Source: Spirochaetia bacterium
GTDB taxonomy: Bacteria; Spirochaetota; Spirochaetia; SZUA-6; Bin103
Direction of reading: 5' to 3'
Assembly (NCBI GenBank): GCA_965203905.1
Contig: CBDBDQ010000005.1
Coordinates: 5,952,001-6,016,000 of the forward strand
DNA: 64,000 bases
In this document: positions 51,491-61,455 of the stretch, piece by piece
Position numbering within the stretch: position 1 is the first letter of the stretch
Layout: each line of letters starts with the position of its first letter
The notes under the pieces: generated by a model
Told to the model about the DNA's origin: nothing
The model's database searches: none
Seen by the model: the letters and a program-made list of their open reading frames with translations, nothing else
Translations under genes and position numbers: made by a program

Positions 51491-51678
51491 AGGAGGTTCA
51501 CATGGCACTCAAAGAACCGCACGCGCGCGCGGCGTGAGCCGGGGTGAACTACGGGCCTGGTTCCCGCTCACCCGGTGAGTCACACGCCGCGCGCTTCAGC
51601 CATTTGACTCAGACTGGCCGTCCGCGTTGCGGGCCCGAGAGTAGCTAGGGAGCGCCAATCCGCTACGCAATACTCTCG
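51491..51678 (+). promoter_or_regulatory. Conserved structured leader with uORF (MALKEPHARAA*, 51502-51537)
   Basis: AGGAGG + ATG; same two stems as 46201-46369. Confidence 0.65.
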
Positions 51679-51701
51679 AAATAACACTCAAGGAAGAAAC
51701 G

Positions 51702-53513
51702 ATGATGAAAATCTTATTTCGAATGACCTTCGCGATTGCGTTGGTCCTCGTAATGACCGCGACCGGCGTCTGGGCCACCGGCAGCAGCGACAGCGATGGG
51801 TCAGCCGCGGCCGAAAAGGAAAAGGTGCGCGACCCCTCCACCGGCAAGATGGTGACCGCGCCCGAGTATGGCGGAACAATAACCTATCCCTACAATGTAA
51901 TTCTTGAGACTACTGACCCCCATGCTAGCGGCCACTTTGCGAGTGACATCGACAGCGTTAATCAGAAGCTTGCCGTCCCGGACTGGGGAATAGATAGGGA
52001 CAAACTTGACTATAAAAGCGGTTACGTCAGTATGGAGTTCTATGTAGGGCAGTTGGCTGAAAGCTGGGAACAGCCTGACCCACTGACTTACATCTTCCAC
52101 ATCCGCCAGGGCGTTCACTACGCCCTTGATCCAGACAGTGAGGCCAGCCGCTTAGTAAACGGACGGGAGCTCACAGCCGATGATGTCGTATATTCCATTC
52201 AGCGTCATACCGCTCAGGGCGACTTCACCGAACGTCCCGTCCGGACTTACGAGATGATCAACCTGCCATGGGAATCGATAGAGGCCACCGACAAATTTAC
52301 GGTTGTTATCAAGATGAAGGAGTTCTCCCTCATTGCGCTAAGGGCCATCATCACCGAAGACACAGGTTGGATATTACCCCCCGAGGTAATCGAGAAATAC
52401 GGGAACTATGAGGATTGGAAGAACGTGGTCGGCACCGGGCCCCTTATGCTGACTGACTGGACCGAAGGGGTCTCCAAAACCTGGACCAAGAATCCTGACT
52501 ACTGGGGCTACGACCCCAAATACCCGCAGAACCTCGTGCCCTATGTTGACGAGATAAGGGCCCTGTATATGCCAGAAAGAGCAACAGCTCTGTCGGCACT
52601 ACGTACGGGTAAGATTGATTTTAGCGGCAACGTTCCCCTTCTCAAAACTCTCGACGACGTAATGAGCCTCCAGCGGACCAACCCCGAAATCACGGTGACC
52701 ACTACTTTCGGGACTGCTACGACTGTTTTTACTATGAACACGCACAAGCCTCCCTTTGACGACATCAGGGTACGCCGCGCAATGCAGATGGCACTGGACC
52801 TTGAGGAGATTAGCGATACCTACTATGGCGGTTTGGCAAGGTGGGAACCTCAGGGGGGGGTAGGGAAAGCCGTCGTGGGGTATAACACCTCATTTGATGA
52901 GTATCCCGAAGAGGTCAAGCAATACTATATCTATGACCCGGAGGGTGCCGAGAAGCTGCTTGATGAGGCTGGATATGCGCGCGGCGCGGACGGCGTTCGA
53001 CTCAAGGTTCACCTGCACCACCGCGACGTTTCGGATCTCGGCTATACAGAAATAGCTGTCAGCTACTGGCGTGAGATTGGCATTGATGTAGATGTTGGTA
53101 TATACGACACGCCTTCTTGGGTAGCAGCCAGAGCAGACACTACTTTGTATGAGCTAGCCACTAGCTACCAGGCCTTTACTTTTAACCCTGAAACCTGGGT
53201 AACCTATTATCGCACGGATTACAAACATCGGAGCGAATACATAGGCGGATACCAGAGCCCTGAGATGACCGCCCTGTATGACGCCTTTTTCGCCGCTAAA
53301 ACCGTTGAGGAGCAGCAGAGGATATTTAAAGAGTTTGATATGGAGGTCGGCATAAGGCGGCACAATCAAGTATGGGGTCCTATAGCCCCAGGGTTTGTGC
53401 AGGCCCAGCCGTGGGTTATAGGCTATAACGGTGAAGTCACTGGAAATCGTCCTCGTCTCGCCCTCGTCCACCTTTGGATTGACCAGGAGATGAAGGAAGC
53501 AATGGGTCGTTAG
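51702..53513 (+). CDS. ABC substrate-binding protein, family 5
   Basis: DPSTGKMVTAPEYGG, LAESWE, NGRELTADD, PFDDIRVRRAMQMA. Confidence 0.92.
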   Translation: MMKILFRMTFAIALVLVMTATGVWATGSSDSDGSAAAEKEKVRDPSTGKMVTAPEYGGTITYPYNVILETTDPHASGHFASDIDSVNQKLAVPDWGIDRDKLDYKSGYVSMEFYVGQLAESWEQPDPLTYIFHIRQGVHYALDPDSEASRLVNGRELTADDVVYSIQRHTAQGDFTERPVRTYEMINLPWESIEATDKFTVVIKMKEFSLIALRAIITEDTGWILPPEVIEKYGNYEDWKNVVGTGPLMLTDWTEGVSKTWTKNPDYWGYDPKYPQNLVPYVDEIRALYMPERATALSALRTGKIDFSGNVPLLKTLDDVMSLQRTNPEITVTTTFGTATTVFTMNTHKPPFDDIRVRRAMQMALDLEEISDTYYGGLARWEPQGGVGKAVVGYNTSFDEYPEEVKQYYIYDPEGAEKLLDEAGYARGADGVRLKVHLHHRDVSDLGYTEIAVSYWREIGIDVDVGIYDTPSWVAARADTTLYELATSYQAFTFNPETWVTYYRTDYKHRSEYIGGYQSPEMTALYDAFFAAKTVEEQQRIFKEFDMEVGIRRHNQVWGPIAPGFVQAQPWVIGYNGEVTGNRPRLALVHLWIDQEMKEAMGR

Positions 53514-53574
53514 GGGTTTTGAGCAGCCGACAAGACTGCATTTTAGTCGGGGAAGGACCGGCCGTACCAATTGC

Positions 53575-53705
53575 CCGTCCGGGATGAGAGGGGGGCTTCG
53601 CGGAACGTGGACTATGGTGGAACTAGGATCCTGCCTCGCAATCGAAAGAGCGAGGTGGTTATGAATCTCTGCCTAAGGCTTGCGCGCGCCGCGATTCTAC
53701 CCGGC
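53575..53705 (+). mobile_element. Group II intron 3' remnant (part of domain V + domain VI)
   Basis: CCGTCCGGGATGAGAGGGGGGCTT..GGAACGTG..ATGGTGGAACTAGG..GCAATCGAAAGAGCG..GCGCGCGCCGCGATTCTACCCGGC resembles bacterial group II intron 3' ends (recognised from memory, not searched). Confidence 0.6.
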
Positions 53706-53732
53706 CACCCCTTGTGGCTGACTTAGGGAAAA

Positions 53733-53763
53733 GGGAGCTGGGGGGGCAAACCTCCCGGCTCCC
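53733..53763. terminator. GC-rich stem-loop downstream of SBP2
   Basis: GGGAGCTGGG(G-run)-CAAA-CCTCCCGGCTCCC. Confidence 0.45.
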
Positions 53764-53785
53764 ATACTCCTAGTGAGGGCAATTT

Positions 53786-53917
53786 GTCATTTCTGGCGAA
53801 GACTCGGAATCCAGAAAACGCAACCATTTGAAATTACTCTGGATTCCCGCTTTCAGGGGGATGACGTGGAAGGTGGATTGCGGGTTTCACCGCAATGACG
53901 GGGGAAATGGGAATGAC
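53786..53917. repeat. Degenerate GTCATT..GGAATCCAG / CTGGATTCCC..ATGAC REP-like palindromic repeats
   Basis: Inverted pair at 53786-53814 and 53839-53865, plus two further ...AATGAC half copies. Confidence 0.55.
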
Positions 53918-53953
53918 GAGAGAGGGGTTGCAAATCACAAGGAGTAGTGTGAC

Positions 53954-54916
53954 ATGAGAGCCTATATCATCAGGCGGTTGTTGCTCATCATCCCCACCCT
54001 GTTTATCCTCAGCATCCTCGTCTTTCTCTCGGTCCGCTTCATCCCCGGCGATGTAATAGACGTAATGGTGGGTAGGATGGAAGCCGAGGGGGGTGGCGGC
54101 GAGCTTGACCGTGAAGCTATGGAGCATATGCTGGGATTAGACCTGCCTGTGCACGTGCAGTATGGACGCTGGATCGGCGGCATCCTCCTGCACGGCACCC
54201 TTGGAGAATCACTGTTTCGCGGTTGGCGCATCGAGGAGCGCATGCTGGGACGACTGCCGGTCACCGCCGAGCTCGGGCTGCTGGCCATCCTCATCGGCCT
54301 GGTCATCGCCCTGCCGGTGGGCATCTACTCGGCGGTGCGCCAGTACACGGCCGCCGACTACGTGGGACGGTCGGTCGCCATCATGGGGCTGGCGACGCCC
54401 AATTTCTGGCTGGGAACGATGGTGATGATCTACCCGGCCATCTGGTGGGCATGGTCGCCGCCGATGGAGCTGATCCCGTTCGCCCAGGACCCGCTGGGCA
54501 ACCTCGGCATGTTCCTCATCCCCAGCCTGATCCTGGGCACCTACCTGGCGGCCAGCACCATGCGCATGACGCGCACCATGATGTTAGAGGTGCTGCGTCA
54601 GGACTATATTCGCACCGCCTGGGCCAAGGGTCTGCTGGAGCGGTCGGTGATCCTGCGCCACGCGCTCAAGAACGCCATCATCCCGGTGGTGACGCTGGTG
54701 GGTATGCAGCTGCCGATTCTGGTGGGCGGCTCGGTCATCATCGAGAACATCTTCAACCTGCCGGGGCTTGGGCGGCTGATGCTGGCTGCGCTCAACAACC
54801 GCGACTACCCGGTGGTATCGGGGGTGAATCTGTTCTTCGCCACGGTCGTCGTCTTCGTCAATCTCTTGACTGATCTGCTGTACGCGTCGCTGGACCCGCG
54901 GATTCGCTACGAATGA
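53954..54916 (+). CDS. ABC permease (OppB/DppB-like)
   Basis: Same motifs as 48353; near-identical 3' part to 60482-61438. Confidence 0.93.
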   Translation: MRAYIIRRLLLIIPTLFILSILVFLSVRFIPGDVIDVMVGRMEAEGGGGELDREAMEHMLGLDLPVHVQYGRWIGGILLHGTLGESLFRGWRIEERMLGRLPVTAELGLLAILIGLVIALPVGIYSAVRQYTAADYVGRSVAIMGLATPNFWLGTMVMIYPAIWWAWSPPMELIPFAQDPLGNLGMFLIPSLILGTYLAASTMRMTRTMMLEVLRQDYIRTAWAKGLLERSVILRHALKNAIIPVVTLVGMQLPILVGGSVIIENIFNLPGLGRLMLAALNNRDYPVVSGVNLFFATVVVFVNLLTDLLYASLDPRIRYE

Positions 54917-54949
54917 GCCAATGAGGCAGTGAGGCAATGGCGGAAGCCC

Positions 54950-55927
54950 ATGGGTGACGTATCACCGCTGACGCCGGCCGTCGCCGAGCCGGCTGCGGGC
55001 GCGGCTGGCGCTGCGGCCGGCCAGGCCGGGCTGAGGAAGTTCTTCGGGCGACTGGTCCGCGAGCAGCCGTTGGGGACCGCCGGCGGCATCGTCATCCTGA
55101 TCCTGGTGCTGGTGAGCATCTTCGCCGATGGGCTGGCGCCCTATCGCTTCGAGGAGATCCACCTGCGCGACCGCCTGCAGGCTCCCTCGGCCCAGTACCT
55201 GCTGGGCACCGACCATGTGGGGCGCGACCTGCTGAGCCGCCTCATCCACGGGGCGCGGCTGTCGCTGACGGTGGGGCTGGCCGCCACCGCGCTCACCGTC
55301 GTGGTGGCGGTGCTGATCGGCGGCACCACCGGCTTCATCGGCGGCCGGCTGGACCTGGTGACGCAGCGCTTCGTCGACGCCTGGATGGCGTTCCCGGGGC
55401 TGCTGTTGCTGCTCACCATCATGTCGATAGCCGGCCGCGGCATGCTGCAGATCATCATCGTGCTGGGGGTGTCGGGCGGCATCCCGGCCTCGCGGGTGGT
55501 GCGAGGTGCGGTGCTGGGAGTCAAGGAGAACGTCTACTTCCAGGCGGCGCAGGCGATCGGCAGCTCGCGCCGGCGCTCGCTGCTGCGCCATGTGCTGCCC
55601 AACATCGCGGCGCCGATCATCATCATCTTCAGCATCAACGTGGGCGGGGTGATCATGTCGGAGGCGGCGCTGAGCTTTCTCGGCTTCGGCCTGCCACCGG
55701 ACATCCCGAGCTGGGGCGGGATGCTGAGCCGCGAGGGACGGCAGTACATGGAGATCGCGCCGCACCTGGCGCTGTGGCCGGGCGTGTGCCTGACCGTGGT
55801 GGTGTACAGCCTCAACATGTTCGGTGACGCGGTGCGCGACCTGCTGGACCCCCGCCTGCGCGGCCGCCTCGGGCGCTACGGCGCCGGCCGGGACCGGCGT
55901 GGTGAACGCCCACAGCAACGGGGTTGA
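54950..55927 (+). CDS. ABC permease (OppC/DppC-like)
   Basis: LGTDHVGRD, EAALSFLGFG; near-identical to 61456-62403. Confidence 0.93.
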   Translation: MGDVSPLTPAVAEPAAGAAGAAAGQAGLRKFFGRLVREQPLGTAGGIVILILVLVSIFADGLAPYRFEEIHLRDRLQAPSAQYLLGTDHVGRDLLSRLIHGARLSLTVGLAATALTVVVAVLIGGTTGFIGGRLDLVTQRFVDAWMAFPGLLLLLTIMSIAGRGMLQIIIVLGVSGGIPASRVVRGAVLGVKENVYFQAAQAIGSSRRRSLLRHVLPNIAAPIIIIFSINVGGVIMSEAALSFLGFGLPPDIPSWGGMLSREGRQYMEIAPHLALWPGVCLTVVVYSLNMFGDAVRDLLDPRLRGRLGRYGAGRDRRGERPQQRG

Positions 55928-56135
55928 CCTCGGCCTGATGGCCCAGGCCATGAGTCACTCATGAATCACTTGGATGGGCTCGAATTGCGGGATTCTGAAA
56001 GGCGCTGATACCCGCCCCCATGCGGGGGCAGCTCCGGGGGGTGCGTGGTCTGACATCCGCATGTTTGGGTCGCACGCGCAGCATGATTGTGTTTGACAGC
56101 GCTTCGTGGCGCCACTACGGTGGCGGCCTCCTGGC

Positions 56136-57128
56136 ATGGCGCGCGAGTTGTATCAGCCGCACGACAACCTGTTTCGCAAGGTGTTCTCCGAAGAGGGCGA
56201 GGCGGCCGGCTTGCTGCGCCCGAATCTCCCGGAGTGGCTGAGCAGCACGCTGGACTGGTCGACGTTGACCCTGCAGGATCGCAGCTACGTGGACGAAGAG
56301 CTGGAGGCCAGCCAGTCCGACCTGCTGTTCGAGGTGCAGTGGCAAGCAGGCGCCGGCCAGGCGGGCGCCGGTGAGGCGGGAGGCGCGCCGCAGCGGCTGT
56401 TGCTGTACGTGCTGTTCGAGCATCAATCGACGCCGAACCGCTGGATGAGGTTCCGGTTGTTGGAGTACTGTTGCCGTATCTGGGCGGATGCCCTGCGGGC
56501 CGACGACAAGCGACCGGAGTTGCCGCCGATCGTGCCGGTGGTGTTCTACCAGGGGAAGCGGCGCTGGCGGCACGCGCGTGAGTTCGGGGAGTTGTTTGTG
56601 GAGGTGGTGCGGGAGTGGCCGTGGACGCCGCGCTTTGAGCACCTGCTGGTGGACCAGTCGCAGGCGCCGGTGGGAGAGGTGCGCGGGGGAGCGCTGGGGC
56701 GTGTCGCGCAGCTTGCGCTGATGGCGGCGGCGCGACGGCGGGTGAGTCAGGCGCGTGCGGCGCTGCTGATGGCGGCGCAGTACATGGGCGAGTTGGCAAA
56801 GGGCGGACGGACGGAACGGTTCAGAGCCATCGTGAGGTATGTCATCACGACGCAGGACAAGCAAACCGTGAGGGCGTTCGGCGAGGCGTTGCGACGGCAC
56901 GTGCCAGGACCGGGAGGAGACATGAAGACCTATGCAGAAGAATTGCTCCAGGAGGGACTCCGGAAGGGTCGCCAGGAGGGTCGCCAAGAGGGTCAGCTTG
57001 GCACGATCGAGAGCTTCCTACGGGCCGGAATCGAGTGGTCGATCATCGAGGAAGCTACCGGTATAGATCAGGAAGCCTTCCAGGCACTTCGCCAGCGGCT
57101 CGGAGAGTCGGATCGGACGACCAAGTAA
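56136..57128 (+). CDS. Rpn/YhgA-like recombination-promoting nuclease (putative transposase)
   Basis: PHDNLFRKVFS, SDLLF, YVLFEHQS.P, PIVPVVFYQG, C-terminal EGRQEG repeats. Confidence 0.9.
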   Translation: MARELYQPHDNLFRKVFSEEGEAAGLLRPNLPEWLSSTLDWSTLTLQDRSYVDEELEASQSDLLFEVQWQAGAGQAGAGEAGGAPQRLLLYVLFEHQSTPNRWMRFRLLEYCCRIWADALRADDKRPELPPIVPVVFYQGKRRWRHAREFGELFVEVVREWPWTPRFEHLLVDQSQAPVGEVRGGALGRVAQLALMAAARRRVSQARAALLMAAQYMGELAKGGRTERFRAIVRYVITTQDKQTVRAFGEALRRHVPGPGGDMKTYAEELLQEGLRKGRQEGRQEGQLGTIESFLRAGIEWSIIEEATGIDQEAFQALRQRLGESDRTTK

Positions 57129-57277
57129 CCCCCCTTCTCGACGAGCCGTACCACTGGAAACTCCCCCCGTATTACACTCCGTTTGACACCACCGGCTGCC
57201 ACACGCCTGGCGCACCTCCGGCCCCGCGCCCCGAGCACCTGTCGGAACGCGAACTGGGCCGCCGGCGGCAGTCCGCC

Positions 57278-57400
57278 ATGCCGCCGGAGATCGTGGATAT
57301 CTTCACGCCGTTTTTCAACACCACGCCGGCCGGCAAGGGCACCGGCCTCGGCTTGACGATGTCCGCCGAGGACAGCCGCCGGCGCGCCGGCCGGGAGTAG
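57278..57400 (+). pseudogene. Histidine kinase HATPase fragment
   Basis: MPPEIV-DIFTPFFNTTPAGKGTGLGL (F and G2 boxes only). Confidence 0.6.
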
Positions 57401-57450
57401 CGGGATCAACACCCGATTGATCGCTCTACATCTGCACGTGCTATGGTAAC

Positions 57451-57789
57451 GTGGCTGGTGGCAGCCACGCAGATAATGAAGACGGGTGTCGACAAGGTCA
57501 GATTGAACACGCAGCGCTGGTTCGCGCAAAGCTCGGCGATCATGTCAAACAAATCGTGTTGTTCGGTTCGCAGGAGCGCGGCGATGGCACGGAGCATTCC
57601 GACTACGACTTTCTGGTCGTAGTTGACACCCGCACGCGAACTGTTCGCGACGCCATTCTGGACGTCGGATTTCAGATGCTGAACGACGACCAACTGTTTG
57701 CGGCACTGGTGTACAGCGAGGACGAGTGGCGCGAGCTTCGCCGATTTCCGCTCGGCTGGAACATTCAGCACGAAGGCACACGGGTATGA
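57451..57789 (+). CDS. Minimal nucleotidyltransferase (MNT) domain protein
   Basis: IVLFGSQERGD....SDYDFLVVV. Confidence 0.8.
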   Translation: MAGGSHADNEDGCRQGQIEHAALVRAKLGDHVKQIVLFGSQERGDGTEHSDYDFLVVVDTRTRTVRDAILDVGFQMLNDDQLFAALVYSEDEWRELRRFPLGWNIQHEGTRV

Positions 57790-57950
57790 GCGCATTCGAG
57801 CCAACCGGGCAGGTGCTCGACGCCATGCATCACATCGAAGAAGCTGACGCTGGAGTGGCTGTCAGCGACGCTGAGAGCATCGTGTCCCAGTGCAGGCAAC
57901 AGGTCGCCAACTGGCAGCGGGAGCACCGGCGCGAGGATAGCCGCTCGTGA
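57786..57950 (+). pseudogene. Possible internally deleted HEPN partner
   Basis: ATGA overlap with MNT; only 54 aa, with a helix (DAGVAVSDAESIV) like a HEPN C-terminus and no RxxxxH/Y motif. Confidence 0.4.
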
Positions 57951-58095
57951 TGAACACACGGCACCTGCCATGGCTTGCTCCAATCGTCGGTCTCGGCATG
58001 GTCGATCACCTCCACGGCGGCGAGCAGCCGGAGCTGAATCAACCGCCGGCCGTCGCGGCTGTACCGGTCGGGATGGGCTCCGGCTCCAGCCCGAT

Positions 58096-58124
58096 TTGAC
58101 AGCTCGTTGCGCGTGGATTACGAT
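58096..58124 (+). promoter_or_regulatory. sigma70-like promoter of SBP cassette 3
   Basis: TTGACA-N17-TACGAT, identical to 46018-46046. Confidence 0.7.
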
Positions 58125-58551
58125 GCCCCTTTGTCGGAGAACAGGCTTATGTGGACGACGCAATACCATAGGCACTTGAGGACGCCACCGGTTCACGGGA
58201 TTGATGTGTCCTATCTCCCCCCCCCCCCAAGTATTTACACGAGATACACTAGCTCCTCGCGCTGAGCGCGCGGGACGCCCCGCGCGCCGCTTCGCCCGCC
58301 TCACGGCTCCTCCGACCGCCTGCATACCGCACCGCCGGCGTTGCCGGTCACTCACTTTCGCTGCGCCACAGAACACCGCCCCAACCGGTGCTCCAGGCTC
58401 AGGTCCGCGCCCGCGTCAAGGGAGGTCCCGTATGTAGACTCGGGGCTGTGGCCATCGCTTGCCGGGCACCAGCGACTGACTGTGGGTGTACCTCGAGAGT
58501 GGGCGAAGGATGCACAGGGAAACCAGCACTCTCGATTGCAAGGAGCCAAAG

Positions 58552-60366
58552 ATGCATTATGCATTCTTGAGAACGTTCCTCGCGGTACTGTTCGGATTCG
58601 TCCTGACGGCGACCGGCGTGTGGGCGAGTCCGGCCGGGGAAGAGGAGCCGGCAGCCGCCATGGAGAAGGAAATGGTGACCGACCCCACCACCGGCAAGAT
58701 GGTGACAGCGCCGGAGTACGGCGGGACATTAACCTATCCCCATAATAGAGTAAGCACTAATGTAGACCCCTTTACTGTTGGGTTTGAAGCGGGCTGGCTC
58801 ATAGACGGTGTCAATGAGAGACTCGCCTACGGGAACTGGGGACTAGATAGGGAAGAATTTGACTTTAAGGCTATGTACGTCCCCTTGTCTGCGTACACGG
58901 GGAACCTGGCGGAAAGCTGGGAAACGCCTGACGACACAACCTATGTCTTCAACATCCGCAAGGGCGTTCACTACGCCCTTGATCTAGACAGTGAGGCCAG
59001 CCGCTTGGTAAACGGTCGGGAGCTAACTGCCAAGGATGTAGAATATTCCTTTCACCGTTTGTTGGGTCTGGGCAGCGGCTTCACCGAACCTAGCCCCCGT
59101 CCCGCCACACTCATCTCCATACCATTCGAATCGATAGAGGCCACCGACAAATGGACAGTTGTTGTGAAGCTGACGGAGCCAAGCGTCGGTGCATTAAGGA
59201 CTATCATCGCCGCAGCTGAGTTGTGGATATTACCCGCCGAGGTAATCGAGAAATACGGCGACTATAGTGATTGGAAGAACGTGGTCGGCACCGGGCCCTT
59301 CATGCTGACCGACTACGTCGAAGGCGTCTCCAAGACCTTCGCCAAGAATCCTGAGTATTGGGGCTACGACGAAAAATACCCCGACAACCGCCTGCCCTAT
59401 ATTGACCAGCTAAGGGCTTTGTTGATGGCAGACGAAGCAACACGTATATCGGCACTACGAACGGGTAAGGTTGATATCATACAACACGCCGGAGTCGTTG
59501 ATATTAGATCAGTCGACGTGGGAATTAGCCTCATGAAGACCGACCCGGAAATCGAGGTGCACAGTCATTTCGAGCGGTCGTTTCAGAGCATTACTATGAA
59601 CATTCGCAAGCCGCCGTTCGACGACATCAGGGTGCGCCACGCACTGCAGATGGCGCTCGACCTCGAGACGATCAACGATGCGTACTACGGTGGTTTAGCT
59701 AAGTGGGAACCTATTGGGTTGCTCGGCGTAAAGGGGTATTACACCCCATTTGAAGAGTGGCCCGAAGAGCTCAAGCAATACTACAGGTATGACCCGCAGG
59801 GTGCCGAGCAGCTGCTTGATGAGGCAGGATATCCACGCGGCGAGGACGGCGTTAGATTCCAGACGAACTTGGAGCTCCGCCCCGGTGATTTGGGCTATTT
59901 TGAAATAGCTGCCGGCTACTTTGCTGATATTGGCGTTGATGTATCGATAAGTAATGTTGACGCGGCTACTTGGATCGCTAGTAGAGGAGAACATGATTAT
60001 GAGATGAGCCTTGGCGACATGGCCTTTCCTGGGAACCCGGTCTGGGCGGTAGGCATTTATCGCGAGCCCAACGTGTGGTTTCGCGAATGGGTGGGCGGAG
60101 TCGAGACCCCTGAGCTTACCGCCGCCTATGATGCCTTTCACGCCGCTACCACCGCTGAGGAGCAGAGGAAGGCGATTAGAGAGTACGATATGGAGGTGGT
60201 GAAGCAGCACAATCAGATATGGGGTCCCATGGCTCCAGGGTTTCAGGCGAACCAGCCGTGGGTCGAGGGTTATACGGGTGAATTCACGATGGGAGACATG
60301 CTGCATCATCCCATCCTCGCCCGCATCTGGATTGACCAAGATCTGAAGCGAGAAATGGGGTTCTGA
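58552..60366 (+). CDS. ABC substrate-binding protein, family 5
   Basis: AGGAG RBS; DPTTGKMVTAPEYGG, LAESWE, PFDDIRVRHALQMA. Confidence 0.92.
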   Translation: MHYAFLRTFLAVLFGFVLTATGVWASPAGEEEPAAAMEKEMVTDPTTGKMVTAPEYGGTLTYPHNRVSTNVDPFTVGFEAGWLIDGVNERLAYGNWGLDREEFDFKAMYVPLSAYTGNLAESWETPDDTTYVFNIRKGVHYALDLDSEASRLVNGRELTAKDVEYSFHRLLGLGSGFTEPSPRPATLISIPFESIEATDKWTVVVKLTEPSVGALRTIIAAAELWILPAEVIEKYGDYSDWKNVVGTGPFMLTDYVEGVSKTFAKNPEYWGYDEKYPDNRLPYIDQLRALLMADEATRISALRTGKVDIIQHAGVVDIRSVDVGISLMKTDPEIEVHSHFERSFQSITMNIRKPPFDDIRVRHALQMALDLETINDAYYGGLAKWEPIGLLGVKGYYTPFEEWPEELKQYYRYDPQGAEQLLDEAGYPRGEDGVRFQTNLELRPGDLGYFEIAAGYFADIGVDVSISNVDAATWIASRGEHDYEMSLGDMAFPGNPVWAVGIYREPNVWFREWVGGVETPELTAAYDAFHAATTAEEQRKAIREYDMEVVKQHNQIWGPMAPGFQANQPWVEGYTGEFTMGDMLHHPILARIWIDQDLKREMGF

Positions 60367-60430
60367 GCCGGGCCGCACGCCTAGCGGCGGGGTCCCCGAG
60401 CGTTTTTTCGCGCTCGTTCCGCTTGCAGAG

Positions 60431-60468
60431 AATGGGCGCCGGGAGCATCAAGCTTCCCGGCGCCCATT
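60431..60468. terminator. Strong intergenic stem-loop between SBP3 and its permease
   Basis: AATGGGCGCCGGGAGC-ATCAA-GCTTCCCGGCGCCCATT. Confidence 0.55.
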
Positions 60469-60481
60469 TACCGCAAAGAGT

Positions 60482-61438
60482 ATGAGAGCCTACATCATCC
60501 GGCGTCTGCTGCTGGTCATCCCCACCCTGTTCATCCTGAGCGTGTTGGTATTCCTGTCGGTCCGCTTCATTCCCGGCGACGTCATCGACATCATGGCCAG
60601 TCGCACGGAATACACGGCCGCCCCGCTCGACCGCGCGGCCATCGAACAGCGGCTCGGTCTGGACCTGCCGATGCACGTGCAGTACGGCCGCTGGATCAGT
60701 GGCATCCTCCTGCGCGGCACCTTCGGCGAGTCGCTGCTGGGAGGTTGGCGCATCGAGAAGCGCATGCTGGGACGACTGCCGGTCACCGTCGAACTCGGGC
60801 TGCTGGCCATCCTCATCGGCCTGGTCATCGCGCTGCCGGTGGGCATCTACTCGGCGGTGCGCCAGTACACCGCCGCCGACTACCTGGGACGGTCGGTCGC
60901 CATCATGGGGCTGGCCACGCCCAACTTCTGGCTGGGAACGATGGTGATGATCTACCCCGCCATCTGGTGGACGTGGTCGCCACCGATGGAGTTTTTCTCT
61001 CTCTCCGAAGACCCACTGGGGAACCTCGGCATGTTCCTGATCCCGAGCCTGATCCTGGGCACCTACCTGGCGGCCAGCACCATGCGCATGACGCGTACCA
61101 TGATGCTGGAGGTGCTGCGCCAGGACTACATCAGGACCGCCTGGTCCAAGGGGCTGCTGGAGCGGTCGGTGATCCTGCGCCACGCGCTCAAGAACGCGAT
61201 CATCCCGGTGGTGACGCTGGTGGGCATGCAGCTCCCGATTCTGGTAGGCGGGTCGGTGATCATCGAGAACATCTTCAACCTGCCGGGGCTGGGGCGGCTG
61301 ATGCTGGACGCGCTCAACGACCGCGACTACCCGGTGGTGTCGGCGGTGAACCTGTTCTTCGCCACGGTGGTGGTGTTCGTCAACCTGCTGACCGATCTGC
61401 TGTACGCGTCGCTGGACCCGCGGATCCGCTACGACTGA
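60482..61438 (+). CDS. ABC permease (OppB/DppB-like)
   Basis: QDYIRTAWSKGL, LDPRIR. Confidence 0.93.
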   Translation: MRAYIIRRLLLVIPTLFILSVLVFLSVRFIPGDVIDIMASRTEYTAAPLDRAAIEQRLGLDLPMHVQYGRWISGILLRGTFGESLLGGWRIEKRMLGRLPVTVELGLLAILIGLVIALPVGIYSAVRQYTAADYLGRSVAIMGLATPNFWLGTMVMIYPAIWWTWSPPMEFFSLSEDPLGNLGMFLIPSLILGTYLAASTMRMTRTMMLEVLRQDYIRTAWSKGLLERSVILRHALKNAIIPVVTLVGMQLPILVGGSVIIENIFNLPGLGRLMLDALNDRDYPVVSAVNLFFATVVVFVNLLTDLLYASLDPRIRYD

Positions 61439-61455
61439 GGCACTGAGGGAAGCCC

